Source of the DNA: Alphaproteobacteria bacterium
GTDB lineage: Bacteria > Pseudomonadota > Alphaproteobacteria > JAUHZC01
Direction of reading: 5' to 3'
Assembly: GCA_030425805.1 (NCBI GenBank)
Contig: JAUHZC010000001.1
Coordinates: 301,302-365,301 of the forward strand
DNA: 64,000 bases
Shown here: positions 1 through 9,783 of the stretch, piece after piece
Position numbering within the stretch: the stretch's first letter is position 1
Layout: each line of letters begins with the position of its first letter
Notes under the pieces: generated by a model
What the model saw: the letters and a program-made list of their open reading frames with translations, nothing else
The model's database searches: none
What the model was told of the DNA's origin: nothing
Translations under genes and position numbers: made by a program

Positions 1-2
1 AA

Positions 3-1214
3 GTTGATAGCTCCCCAGGTGATCCAGCAGCACCTGAATCAGGAGGTCACCCAGAAGGTATAGGACCATTGTGGAACATGCCGGGAACAACGCCCCAGAG
101 CTGGCGTATCTCCAGGCCACCTCGTACCCCTGCACCTTGGCATCTTAGGGACTCCCATGGAGCTGACAGCTCACCAGATGATCCAACAGCAACCGCAGCA
201 GTAAGATGCATTGTCGTTCCTGAAGATGATCATGATCCAAGCACCTCTGAGGATGAAAGCGATCCAGTACCAAGAAGAACCCTTTGCGAGCTATGGCTAA
301 AGGCAGCAATTGGTAAATATGAAGCTGAAATTCGAAAAGGCTTGATGCCTCTTAAGTATAGAGAAAAATTGTTGGATTTTCTCTTAAGAGCTCCTGTAGA
401 AATAACAGGTCTAGACGACCCTCAAGATCACAACCCACCTCACCCCGATATCTTATGGGCAGATTTTTTGCTTGCTTTCATAGAGGCGCATTTTCTTGGT
501 CGAGAGCCAGACTTGCTTGAATTTTTATCCCACTTCCTTCGTGAGGCCTCAGGAGAAACTCACCTAATGCGCGATCAACATGGCACGCATTGTCTTGTCC
601 TCCAGGCTGTAATGAGTGAGCCTGTAGCAGCTCATGCACTTGAGGCAGTTCCAGCAGCAGCTTCATCATCCTCTTCATTACTTGAGACCACTGTAAGATC
701 ATCTGCAGCTGCAAGGAGTGCAGATGAGGCTTCCGAAGCCGTAAGGTCATCCTCGTTAGGGGATATGACCTGGTTAACGGAGGCAGCCCTTCATCTCCAC
801 CCTATCGTTGCAGGTACAGCTGAAGATGATCGCCATAAGAAGCTGAACTACCTTTTAACACTATTTAAATTGTCTCCAGACGAACGTTTGGAGAGGTTAG
901 AGGATGTCCGACTTACAAGGGCCCTATTCCCCCATGATGACCCAAGAAGCTTGCCAGTAGACTGGGAAGATTTAGTTGAAATTTTAGAGACTATAAAATA
1001 TGAATCAATGGATGCTGCAACCTCTTCTGGAAGTGCTCAAGGTATTTTAGAGATGCTTTCAGAGGGCGCTCCCCTTAGAGAGATTATTGAACAAGCACGT
1101 GAATTCAGGAGGTTTTTAGCTGAGAATGGACTTGAAGCATCCAGGAAGCCTTATCTTCTGTTAGGCTTTTCCCGAAAACTCCAGGGACCTTTTAAGGAAT
1201 GTGTTGAGGAATAA
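3..1214 (+). CDS. orphan protein, 5' end probably outside window
   Basis: The frame stays open from nt 3, with no stop upstream of the listed TTG at 69. The N-terminal region is Pro/Gly/acidic and the C-terminal part looks helical. No family recognised. Confidence 0.5.
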   Translation, partial: VDSSPGDPAAPESGGHPEGIGPLWNMPGTTPQSWRISRPPRTPAPWHLRDSHGADSSPDDPTATAAVRCIVVPEDDHDPSTSEDESDPVPRRTLCELWLKAAIGKYEAEIRKGLMPLKYREKLLDFLLRAPVEITGLDDPQDHNPPHPDILWADFLLAFIEAHFLGREPDLLEFLSHFLREASGETHLMRDQHGTHCLVLQAVMSEPVAAHALEAVPAAASSSSSLLETTVRSSAAARSADEASEAVRSSSLGDMTWLTEAALHLHPIVAGTAEDDRHKKLNYLLTLFKLSPDERLERLEDVRLTRALFPHDDPRSLPVDWEDLVEILETIKYESMDAATSSGSAQGILEMLSEGAPLREIIEQAREFRRFLAENGLEASRKPYLLLGFSRKLQGPFKECVEE

Positions 1215-1219
1215 TTTAA

Positions 1220-1305
1220 AGCCTCTAATTTTTAAATCAATCTCCGCCAGGCAAAATATCTACCTTCTGCTTCCATTGTAGCCCTCAAGTACTGGTAAGT
1301 TGGGG
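1220..1305 (-). pseudogene. relic copy of an internal recG segment
   Basis: About 85 nt align by eye, at roughly three quarters identity with one 1-nt indel, to recG nt 1558-1643 in the same orientation. The conserved core is ctctaatttt[c/t]aaatcaatctccgc, which encodes ..AEIDLKIRG.. in the live gene. Confidence 0.6.
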
Positions 1306-1342
1306 TTTCAAGAAGGCATCCATACAGACGCAAAGCTAAAAC

Positions 1343-3454
1343 TCAACCAGACATCAGGTTGTCTTGATTTCGGCTTTGGCGGAAAATCTCTAACAGAGGC
1401 CAAAGAGGTTTATGGCGAGGTTGCGAGAGGTCCGGATCTGCCATGACAATCTCCCGGGCCCGCTGGTGCGCAATGCGGAGGAGATCTTGTTGCCCATAAG
1501 GGTCTGCAAATCGGAAGCAGACTTGTCCACTTTGCTGGTTCCCAAGAAAATCTCCAGGCCCTCTAATTTTCAAATCAATCTCCGCTAGGCGGAATCCGTC
1601 TTCTGTCTCCGTCATAGCTCGCAAGCGCTGGTAGGCTGTTGGTGTAAGACGGTCTCCATGAAGAATCACGCAAGAGGATGATTTTTCCCCGCGCCCAACA
1701 CGCCCTCGCAGCTGATGAAGTTGAGAGAGGCCAAAGCGCTCCCCGTGTTCAATGATCATAATTGTGGCCTGGGGCACATCAACACCAACCTCAATCACTG
1801 TTGTGCTCACAAGCAACTTAATTTCCCCAGCTTGAAAAGCAGCCATGATTTTAGCTTTTTCCTCAGGTTTAAGGCGTCCATGAATGAGCCCCATAGGGAT
1901 ATGGGGAAGAAAATTTCGCAATGCCTCGTATCGTTCCTCAGCAGCAGCCAAATCTATTTTCTGAGAGCTTTCTACGAGAGGGCACACCCAGTAGGCTTGC
2001 TCACCGCGTTCGATTGCCTGATCCAGTCGGGTGACCAATTTGGCCAACTGATCAAGGGGCAAAAGGGCTGTCTTAATGGGTTGGCGCCCTGGGGGCTTCT
2101 CCCGCACAGCAGAGATATCCATCTCCCCATGAAGCGTCAGAGCAAGAGACCGTGGAATCGGCGTTGCGCTCATGGCAAGCAAATGAGGCGTCCCTCCTTT
2201 TTGGGCAAGTTTAAGACGCTGGTTCACCCCAAAACGGTGCTGCTCATCAACAATCACAAAACCAAGCTTCTTGAATTGCACTTCTCCCTCGAGAAGGGCA
2301 TGGGTTCCCACAAGAAAATGAATGCGCCCTTTGGCAAGGTCTTCAAGAAGCGTGGTACGATCACGAGCCTTGGTTCCGCCCAGGAGCATGTCAGCACGAA
2401 GCCCCAAAGCCTCACAAAGAGGTTGCAAGGTCTTGAGGTGTTGGCGTGCTAAAATCTCTGTCGGAGCCAAGAGAGCCACCTGATCTCCTGCGCCTAATAC
2501 ATTCAGGGCTGCACAAAAGCTGAGGAGTGTTTTCCCACTTCCCACATCTCCCTGGAGGAGGCGAATCATTGGGCAATCTTGTGCCAAATCTTGATCCAGC
2601 TCAGCCAAGGCCTCTGTTTGGGCCTTGGTGAATGTGAAAGGAAGCTGCTCAAAAAAAGCCTGACGCAGCGCATCTGGAATGGGATAGGCTGTTGCACTCA
2701 CCTCCTGAAACCGGGAACGGGCCTGCTGCTGAATTAGCTGAGAGGCCAAAAGCTCGTCTAAACTGAGGCGTGTCATAGCCTGAGCCCAACGTTGAGGATT
2801 AGGTTCATGAAGTGCCCGCAAGGCATCCTCAAACGGTAAAACTTTGGTCATGGCGAGGGTGGGAGCATCCCACCACTCCTCCAGCGAAGGCTGTGTCCAC
2901 ACTTCTGTAAAAACCATGTCAATCCACCCCTTCAGACGAGCCTTATGGATCCCTTCTGTCAGTGGATAAATTGTTTCTGGTCCTGACCATCGATACACCA
3001 TGTCAGGTGGGCCTGTATAATCAGGGTGGGTAATTTGAAATTTATTTTGAAACCGATCTACTTTTCCAGAAACGGCAAACTTTTGTTGAACTGGGAATTT
3101 TTTCGCCCACCATTGCTGCCCTCCCTGAAAGAAGACCAGATCAAACAGAATCCCCTTCCCATCTTCCATCAAAATTTTGTAAGGACCCCGGCGCCCTCTC
3201 GGAGCTGGGCGATGACCGATGACTTTCGCCACAAGGGTCACAGGATCTTCTCCCGCTGATAAAACCGTCTCCACCCGAGACCGGACACGGACCTGACTTG
3301 GACGATGAAGGAGAAGATCAATAAAACGAGGGCGTGGCCCCAACAGCTTTTCTAATCGCTCCCGCACCCGAGGACCAATCCCGGGAAGGGCTTCTAAACT
3401 CTTCATTCCAATCCAGGAAGAAGAAGGTTGCAAAGAGTTAGTGGATTGAGGCAT
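1343..3454 (-). CDS. recG: ATP-dependent DNA helicase RecG
   Basis: 703 aa. Walker A GDVGSGKT, DEQHRFG box, SATPIPRS, QLHQLRGRVGRG motif VI, and an N-terminal wedge/OB region. Confidence 0.95.
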   Translation of the reverse strand: MPQSTNSLQPSSSWIGMKSLEALPGIGPRVRERLEKLLGPRPRFIDLLLHRPSQVRVRSRVETVLSAGEDPVTLVAKVIGHRPAPRGRRGPYKILMEDGKGILFDLVFFQGGQQWWAKKFPVQQKFAVSGKVDRFQNKFQITHPDYTGPPDMVYRWSGPETIYPLTEGIHKARLKGWIDMVFTEVWTQPSLEEWWDAPTLAMTKVLPFEDALRALHEPNPQRWAQAMTRLSLDELLASQLIQQQARSRFQEVSATAYPIPDALRQAFFEQLPFTFTKAQTEALAELDQDLAQDCPMIRLLQGDVGSGKTLLSFCAALNVLGAGDQVALLAPTEILARQHLKTLQPLCEALGLRADMLLGGTKARDRTTLLEDLAKGRIHFLVGTHALLEGEVQFKKLGFVIVDEQHRFGVNQRLKLAQKGGTPHLLAMSATPIPRSLALTLHGEMDISAVREKPPGRQPIKTALLPLDQLAKLVTRLDQAIERGEQAYWVCPLVESSQKIDLAAAEERYEALRNFLPHIPMGLIHGRLKPEEKAKIMAAFQAGEIKLLVSTTVIEVGVDVPQATIMIIEHGERFGLSQLHQLRGRVGRGEKSSSCVILHGDRLTPTAYQRLRAMTETEDGFRLAEIDLKIRGPGDFLGNQQSGQVCFRFADPYGQQDLLRIAHQRAREIVMADPDLSQPRHKPLWPLLEIFRQSRNQDNLMSG

Positions 3455-3579
3455 AACTCATTTTTACCATGCGTAAAAAATCAAAACCAGCCTGTAATGT
3501 TTGTAACATTTTGTAAATTAATAACACTCTCCTCAGTAAAAAAGAATTGTTACAGTAAAAGTAATAGAGGAGTTCCGCT

Positions 3580-4527
3580 GTGAATCAAAAAACACTCAAA
3601 ACCCCCGTTTCCTGCAAAGGTGTTGGTGTTCATTCAGCGTCTCCTATTACCTTAGAGATTCTTCCCGCAGAGCCACACACAGGTATCGTTTTTGAGCGCT
3701 CTGACCTGCCTGCGGATATGAACAAAATTCCGGCAAATTGGTCCTTTGTGACCGACACAAAAATGTGCACCAAAATCGACAATGGTCGCGGTGCATCTGT
3801 CAGCACGGTTGAACATGTGATGGCTGGTCTTGCTGCCTGTGAAATTGATAACTGTATTATTCGTGTTTCTGGGCCTGAAGTTCCCATTATGGATGGAAGT
3901 GCAGCGCCCTTTATTTTCCTCGTTGAGTGTGCAGGCATCACCGAGCAAGAGGCGCCACGTCAATATGTGCGCGTCACAAAGCCTGTTAAAGTTGAAGTTG
4001 GAGAAAATCGCTGGGCAACGCTGAAACCCTCTGAAGATGGCCGCCTTTCTATCGACTTTTTCTGTGACTTTGCTGGTCGTGAGAACTTTGAACCCCAACG
4101 CGCTCAATTTAATGGTGAGATGAATCAGTTCAAGGTTGAGTATTCCACAGCCCGTACTTTTGGTTTCGTCTCTGATTTACGCAAACTTCAGGAACTTGGC
4201 CTTGCAAAGGCGTCATCCCTTGAAAATTCCGTAGGCCTGGAGAATGGAACCTTCCTCACAAAGAATGGGCTCCGTTTCACAGATGAGTGCGTCCGCCATA
4301 AGGTACTTGATTGCCTTGGTGATATGTACATGGGCGGTATGCCTATTATTGGACAGATTGAAACCCATAATGGGGGCCATCACTTGAACTACCTTCTCCT
4401 CAAAGCCCTTCTTTGCGACAAAGAAGCTTATGAGATCGTTCAAGTCCAAGAAGTTGAGTCTGGAGGCACGATGATCTGCCCAGCAGAGAGTGTTACGAGC
4501 GAATCCCGAGTTCTCCGTTCAAACTAA
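3580..4527 (+). CDS. lpxC: UDP-3-O-acyl-N-acetylglucosamine deacetylase
   Basis: GTG start. N-terminal KGVGVHSASPITLEILPA and the zinc motif HKVLDCLGD. Confidence 0.95.
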   Translation: MNQKTLKTPVSCKGVGVHSASPITLEILPAEPHTGIVFERSDLPADMNKIPANWSFVTDTKMCTKIDNGRGASVSTVEHVMAGLAACEIDNCIIRVSGPEVPIMDGSAAPFIFLVECAGITEQEAPRQYVRVTKPVKVEVGENRWATLKPSEDGRLSIDFFCDFAGRENFEPQRAQFNGEMNQFKVEYSTARTFGFVSDLRKLQELGLAKASSLENSVGLENGTFLTKNGLRFTDECVRHKVLDCLGDMYMGGMPIIGQIETHNGGHHLNYLLLKALLCDKEAYEIVQVQEVESGGTMICPAESVTSESRVLRSN

Positions 4528-4549
4528 ATACTTTTAAACTTAAGTAACT

Positions 4550-5119
4550 TTACCGATTTTCCCCTGGGACCCAGAGAACATCGTTTTGTCCCTTGTTATT
4601 CTCATACCGGCACACAACGAAAAGATAATCTGACAAACGATTCAGATAAAGGCGTGCCTGGGAATTCACAGGTGACTCTTCAGAAAGTGTAATGACTCGG
4701 CGTTCTGCTCGACGTGTGATAGCCCGAGCAAGGTGGAGATGGGCTGCCAAGCGGCTCCCCCCTGGCAAAATAAATGATGTCAGCGGCGCAAGGGCCTCAT
4801 TCATCCGATCAATTTCTTGTTCTAGCCATGAAACCTGACTCTCAGAGATACGGAGCGTCCCTGCTTCCCGCTCTACATCTGCTTTTTCTGGCTGAGCCAA
4901 ATCTGCACCAAGATCAAACAGGTCATTTTGAATCCGGGAAAGGGCTTTATCAGCTTCTGTTCCTGCTTCTAGACGGGCTAAGCCAATAGCGCTGTTGGCC
5001 TCATCCACCTCACCGATGGCCTCAATCCGGGGATGATCCTTCTTTAAGCGGTGAGGTCCCATAACCCCCGTTGTCCCGTCATCGCCCGTTTTTGTATAAA
5101 TCTTGTGCAGCTTGACCAT
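4550..5119 (-). CDS. ATP:cob(I)alamin adenosyltransferase, PduO type
   Basis: N-terminal IYTKTGDDGTTG motif and 189 aa, typical of the Cob_adeno_trans family. Confidence 0.85.
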   Translation of the reverse strand: MVKLHKIYTKTGDDGTTGVMGPHRLKKDHPRIEAIGEVDEANSAIGLARLEAGTEADKALSRIQNDLFDLGADLAQPEKADVEREAGTLRISESQVSWLEQEIDRMNEALAPLTSFILPGGSRLAAHLHLARAITRRAERRVITLSEESPVNSQARLYLNRLSDYLFVVCRYENNKGQNDVLWVPGENR

Positions 5120-5128
5120 TTCTAATCC

Positions 5129-5311
5129 TTACTTGTAATAAAGGGCTAATCCAAGGAGCAGAATAGCCACACCTTGCAGCCCAACCCGGAGTTGCATCAA
5201 GGCATTGCTGCGCTCCCCTTTATCCCCTTTAAACATGGTATACACTCCGAGTATCAAGGTAATCAAAGTTGCAACCAGGGCAAAAGTGATAAAAAAGCTC
5301 ATTATGGACAT
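5129..5311 (-). CDS. twin-transmembrane-helix small protein (HIG1-like)
   Basis: Two hydrophobic helices separated by KGDKGERSNALMQLRV. The start was chosen at the third in-frame ATG; the ORF is open to 5362. Confidence 0.55.
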   Translation of the reverse strand: MSIMSFFITFALVATLITLILGVYTMFKGDKGERSNALMQLRVGLQGVAILLLGLALYYK

Positions 5312-5376
5312 GATGCACTCCAACGTTTTGCTCATTATGCTTGAGTTTTCTGGAAAACTCACCTAATTTATTTTGT

Positions 5377-7422
5377 ATGTCGACACTCTTTCAACCTCAA
5401 GAATCCCCTCAAAAAGAAAAGCCATCTGAGTCTTATTCTGCAGATGTTATTGAAGTTCTTGAAGGATTAGAGGCCGTGCGCCGTCGCCCAGGAATGTATA
5501 TCGGAGGAACAGATACTTTTGCCCTCCATCACATGGCCCAAGAAATCATTGATAACTCTATTGATGAGGCGGTCGCTGGCCATGCTACAGACATTTGGGT
5601 TGCCCTTTGCGCAGGAAACACCCTTGAGGTTCGGGATAATGGTCGTGGAATTCCAACGGATCCCCACCCTAAATTCCCAAGGACTTCCGCTCTTGAAGTT
5701 ATTTTGACAACCCTCCACGCAGGAGGGAAATTCTCAGGAAAGGCCTATGAAACTGCAGGTGGTCTTCACGGTGTCGGACTTTCTGTGGTGAATGCTCTTG
5801 CAGATGAGCTTCGTGTTATTGTCCATCGCAAAAAAGACTGCTGGACACAAACTTATAGCCGGGGAAAACCCACTTCTGAACTCCAGCATGAGGTTCAAAA
5901 AGCCTTTGCCCGCGGCACAACCATTCAGTTTCACCCTGATCCTGAGATCTTTGGAAACCTAAAGTTCTGCCCTAAACGTCTCTATGAGATGTTAAAGGTA
6001 AAGGCAGCTCTCCATGCAGGAGTGAAAGTTCACTATGCTTGGGATAAGGAAGAAATTGGGGGAGCAGACCTCGAGGCTGAGATTCTGATTCATTACCCTG
6101 ATGGAATTTTACAGGCCTTGAAAGAGGATCTGGGAGAAGAGGCGCCGGAGAGCATCTATGCCCACAACTTCACTGTTGATGACCCGGTCATCAAAGGAAG
6201 CTTTGCCTTATGCTGGCCCATGAGGTCTGGCCTTGATCTCAAGAGTTTTTGTAACACCATTCCCACAGATCAAGGAGGAGTCCATGAGACTGGATTCCGC
6301 CAAGGGATTGCCAAGGCTTTGAAAACTTTTGGAGAGATGTCCGGCATTAAAAAGGCTACGATTCTCACTCCTGATGATATATTTTCTGGGAGTTGTGGGT
6401 GGCTATCTGTCTTTATTCCTGATCCTCAATTCCAGGGACAAACTAAGGAAAAGCTTGTCAACAAAGGCCTGAGTCGTCCTCTTGAAAATGCAATTAAAGA
6501 AATTTTCCAAGACCTTTTGATTAAAGATCCCCAACCTGCAAAAGATCTTGTAGAGCTTTTGATCCGCCAAGCCGAAGCCCGCAAGCGCCTGAAGCAAGAA
6601 CGGGAAGTTTTACGCCAAACAGCAACCCGCCGCCTTCGCCTTCCTGGTAAGCTGACTGACTGCACAAGCAGCGTCCGGGAACAAACAGAGCTCTTCCTTG
6701 TTGAGGGAGATTCTGCGGGAGGATCTGCAAAACAAGCCCGGGAGCGAAAAACACAGGCGATTCTTCCCCTTCGTGGAAAAATTTTAAACGTGGCCAGCGC
6801 CTCGTCCAATAAGATGGTTGCAAACCAAGGGATTCAAGATATCGCCCTCGCCCTTGGGTGCGGCACAGGTAAAAACTGCAAAGCTGAAGACCTACGGTAT
6901 GGCCGTGTGATCATTATGACAGATGCAGATGTGGATGGTGCCCATATCGCGTCCCTCTTGATGACTTTCTTCTTCACACAAATGCGCCCCATTGTTGAAA
7001 AGGGGCATCTCTATCTGGCGCAACCTCCCCTCTATCGAATTACAGCAGGAACTTTGAGTGCCTATGCTGCTGATGATGCCCATCGGGATGAGCTCCTCGC
7101 CACAACCTTCAAGAACCGCAAAATTGTGATCAGCCGCTTTAAAGGATTAGGCGAAATGAGCTGGCAGCAGCTCAAGACAACAACCATGTCCCCAAAGACA
7201 CGGATTTTGTTGAAAGTGCTGATTAAAGATCATCAACCCGTACTTGTCCCCGAAGCTCCTGAAGAAGCAGTTATTGAAAATGAAGAAGCACAAGAAGCTG
7301 AAGTCTCTTGGACCTCTGACAACCCTGATCTTCTTGTGGATGATCTGATGGGCAAAAAGCCTGAAAAGCGCTTCGCCTTTATCCAGGAAAACGCCTCTTA
7401 CGCCACAGATTTAGACGTTTAG
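5377..7422 (+). CDS. parE: DNA topoisomerase IV subunit B
   Basis: GHKL N-terminus LEGLEAVRRRPGMYIGG, Toprim EGDSAGGSAKQ, PLRGKILNV. At about 681 aa it is ParE-sized rather than GyrB-sized. ATG at 5377 avoids overlap with the upstream gene. Confidence 0.85.
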   Translation: MSTLFQPQESPQKEKPSESYSADVIEVLEGLEAVRRRPGMYIGGTDTFALHHMAQEIIDNSIDEAVAGHATDIWVALCAGNTLEVRDNGRGIPTDPHPKFPRTSALEVILTTLHAGGKFSGKAYETAGGLHGVGLSVVNALADELRVIVHRKKDCWTQTYSRGKPTSELQHEVQKAFARGTTIQFHPDPEIFGNLKFCPKRLYEMLKVKAALHAGVKVHYAWDKEEIGGADLEAEILIHYPDGILQALKEDLGEEAPESIYAHNFTVDDPVIKGSFALCWPMRSGLDLKSFCNTIPTDQGGVHETGFRQGIAKALKTFGEMSGIKKATILTPDDIFSGSCGWLSVFIPDPQFQGQTKEKLVNKGLSRPLENAIKEIFQDLLIKDPQPAKDLVELLIRQAEARKRLKQEREVLRQTATRRLRLPGKLTDCTSSVREQTELFLVEGDSAGGSAKQARERKTQAILPLRGKILNVASASSNKMVANQGIQDIALALGCGTGKNCKAEDLRYGRVIIMTDADVDGAHIASLLMTFFFTQMRPIVEKGHLYLAQPPLYRITAGTLSAYAADDAHRDELLATTFKNRKIVISRFKGLGEMSWQQLKTTTMSPKTRILLKVLIKDHQPVLVPEAPEEAVIENEEAQEAEVSWTSDNPDLLVDDLMGKKPEKRFAFIQENASYATDLDV

Positions 7423-7430
7423 GTAAGTCC

Positions 7431-7784
7431 TTATCCTTCACTTTCCCCATAAACCACAAAAGTTTTAACCGATGCTGGGATCCGAACTATAGACTTTGGA
7501 GAAGCTCCATTTACGTCCTCTTCTGCCCTAATCACAAGAATGTGAAGGGGATTTGCAAGAAAAATGCTCTCAATGGCGTGACGAATGGTTGGAATTTTCA
7601 AAGACATGCAATCAATCACAAGTAAGACAGGCCCCTCAAAAGACCCGCTCAAGAATTGATAAAACTCCACACGTGGGAGTATGTGTGAGGGCTCTTCTGA
7701 TTCTGAAGATACAGCCCCAAAGGCAGATAAAAAAGAAATACTGACAAACAGAAATACAATCCAAGTTTGCCGAAGTTTGATCAT
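7431..7784 (-). CDS. exported hypothetical protein
   Basis: Signal-peptide-like N-terminus. Overlaps the upstream HAD gene by 4 nt, suggesting an operon. Confidence 0.5.
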   Translation of the reverse strand: MIKLRQTWIVFLFVSISFLSAFGAVSSESEEPSHILPRVEFYQFLSGSFEGPVLLVIDCMSLKIPTIRHAIESIFLANPLHILVIRAEEDVNGASPKSIVRIPASVKTFVVYGESEG

Positions 7785-8623
7785 CTTAGGCTATCTAAAA
7801 TATAAGTTGGGCCAAAACCGTACTTATCTTCAAATCCTGCAGCAAGAGTCTCAGGAGTAAGATGTTGAGCTTCTACACCAGATAGGACAAGAGCCGTGTC
7901 ACAACCTTGTTTCCAGCCACCCTTGATATCATGGGCCATAGAATCCCCTACACATAACGTCTGCGATGGTTTTGTACCAGATTGCGCAAATAGAATTTCG
8001 TATATGTTGGAATATGGCTTACCAGCATAGACCACTTCCCCACCCAAGTTTTTATAGAGCTGTCCAAGACTTCCTGCACAATAAACCTGCTCAGATCCAT
8101 GAAGGACCATAATATCTGGGTTTGTGCAGAACATTTTTAGACCTGCCGCCTGTGCTTTCTCCAGGTTCCGCTGATGTTGAGAAAAATTTTCTGCAATGCT
8201 TGAAGGGCCAGAGTTATAAATGAAATCCGCTATTTCAGGATCATCAACAGGTGTAGCTCCTGCCTCTATAAGAATTCCCTTATGTATTTCTTTACCCATA
8301 AAAAAGCAGAAAGGTCCCTCCTCCCGAATCCAGTCGTGTAGAAGGGTCTGGGCTTGCCCTCCTGAGGACCAAAGACCATCGATGAGGCTCAAATCTAAAC
8401 CGAAATTCTTCAGCTGATCCTTAACGTCCTCAGGGAGTCGTGGACTATTTGTCAGCAAACATATGGTCTTTTCCTTTTTTTTCAAGGCACGTAAAAGGGC
8501 TTCAGCCTCCGGAAATACCTTTACGCCATTATGAATAACCCCCCAGATATCAACCACATAGTTTTGATATTTATCACTCACATCAAGAAGGGTTGGTAAG
8601 GTTTTTGGTTGAATCATAGACAT
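7781..8623 (-). CDS. HAD-superfamily hydrolase, subfamily IIA-like
   Basis: DIWGVIHNG nucleophile motif, LLTNSPR, and C-terminal VGDSMAHDIKGG. Confidence 0.8.
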   Translation of the reverse strand: MSMIQPKTLPTLLDVSDKYQNYVVDIWGVIHNGVKVFPEAEALLRALKKKEKTICLLTNSPRLPEDVKDQLKNFGLDLSLIDGLWSSGGQAQTLLHDWIREEGPFCFFMGKEIHKGILIEAGATPVDDPEIADFIYNSGPSSIAENFSQHQRNLEKAQAAGLKMFCTNPDIMVLHGSEQVYCAGSLGQLYKNLGGEVVYAGKPYSNIYEILFAQSGTKPSQTLCVGDSMAHDIKGGWKQGCDTALVLSGVEAQHLTPETLAAGFEDKYGFGPTYILDSLR

Positions 8624-8764
8624 ACTACAGAATAGGAGAAACCGTGTTATTGGACAATAGAAGAATTGTCCTCAAAATATGAAGAAAAGAGAGAGAAGTT
8701 TCTTGACGCAAACCCACCCCTTTGGCAAGATAATCTTATTAACAAAAACAATTTGGGAGGTTCT

Positions 8765-9052
8765 ATGACGCGGTCAGAACTCGTCGAGAAAGTAAGTGCA
8801 CATTTTCCGGACATTGGACAAGCTAAGATTGATCAGTGCGTTCAGCATATTATTTCAGAGATTTCTGGGACCCTTTCAAAGGGAGGCCGTGTAGAGCTTC
8901 GTGGATTTGGTGTATTTGAAGCACGCCACCGTAAACCAAGGGTCGGCCGAAACCCCCGTACAGGTGACCAAGTTCAAGTTCCTGCAAAATATATTCCTTT
9001 CTTCAAGGCAGGCAAGCAGCTTAAGCAAACCCTGAACGATAACGCTGAATAG
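8765..9052 (+). CDS. ihfB: integration host factor beta subunit
   Basis: MTRSELVEK..LRGFGVFEARHRKPRVGRNPRTGDQVQVPAKYIPFFKAGKQL. GGGAGG RBS lies 5 nt upstream of the ATG at 8765. Confidence 0.9.
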   Translation: MTRSELVEKVSAHFPDIGQAKIDQCVQHIISEISGTLSKGGRVELRGFGVFEARHRKPRVGRNPRTGDQVQVPAKYIPFFKAGKQLKQTLNDNAE

Positions 9053-9224
9053 AACTTCTTTGCCATTGCAAAGCGGTAACTGCAGATTCCAGGTTAGAAT
9101 CTGGAATGGTGCTTTATGCCCCTCTCTCAAGCTAAAACCTTACCTGAGCATGAAAGTTCCCGATTCAAAGGTTGAGGCGACGGAAGAAATGGGGTAAACG
9201 AAAGAAGAAAGCTATTAGGGACTC

Positions 9225-9773
9225 ATGTCACTTCCCAATATTTTGACCCTCTTTCGGATCGCCCTCATTCCTGTTGTCCTTATTGGAATGTCTTTTGAGT
9301 CCGTCCTCATGCATTGGATTGCCTTTGGAGCCTTTGTTCTGGCGTCAATCACAGATTACTTTGATGGCAAGCTAGCTCGCGCCCTTGATCAAACCTCCCC
9401 TTTTGGAATCCTTTTTGATCCTGTTGCAGATAAGCTCCTTGTTTGCTCATGTTTAATGATGCTCACAGCAAAAGGGCAGCTCCCGAGTCTTCACCTGATT
9501 CCTGGCATCGTTATTCTATGCCGAGAGATCTTTGTTTCGGGTCTGCGTGAATTTCTAGCCCAGCTTAATGTAGATATGCCTGTGAGTGCTTGGGGAAAGG
9601 TCAAAACAGCCTGTCAACTTTTGGCTCTTGGTCTTATGATCCTAAATGTAGATCTTACTTTTCCAAACACCCCTATTCTTAACCCCATTAGCTATATCCT
9701 TTTGTGGGGTGCAGCAACCCTCACCATTATCAGTGGGTGGGGATATTTGCAAAAAAGCATAAAACATTTTTAA
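9225..9773 (+). CDS. pgsA: CDP-diacylglycerol-glycerol-3-phosphate 3-phosphatidyltransferase
   Basis: CDP-alcohol phosphatidyltransferase motif DYFDGKLAR..G..FDPVADK, with multiple TM helices. Confidence 0.9.
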   Translation: MSLPNILTLFRIALIPVVLIGMSFESVLMHWIAFGAFVLASITDYFDGKLARALDQTSPFGILFDPVADKLLVCSCLMMLTAKGQLPSLHLIPGIVILCREIFVSGLREFLAQLNVDMPVSAWGKVKTACQLLALGLMILNVDLTFPNTPILNPISYILLWGAATLTIISGWGYLQKSIKHF

Positions 9774-9783
9774 GAGGAATCTG

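Noticed and set aside
1715-2452. 245-aa plus-strand ORF
   Set aside because: It lies entirely antisense to the well-supported recG gene and has no motifs. It is a shadow ORF.
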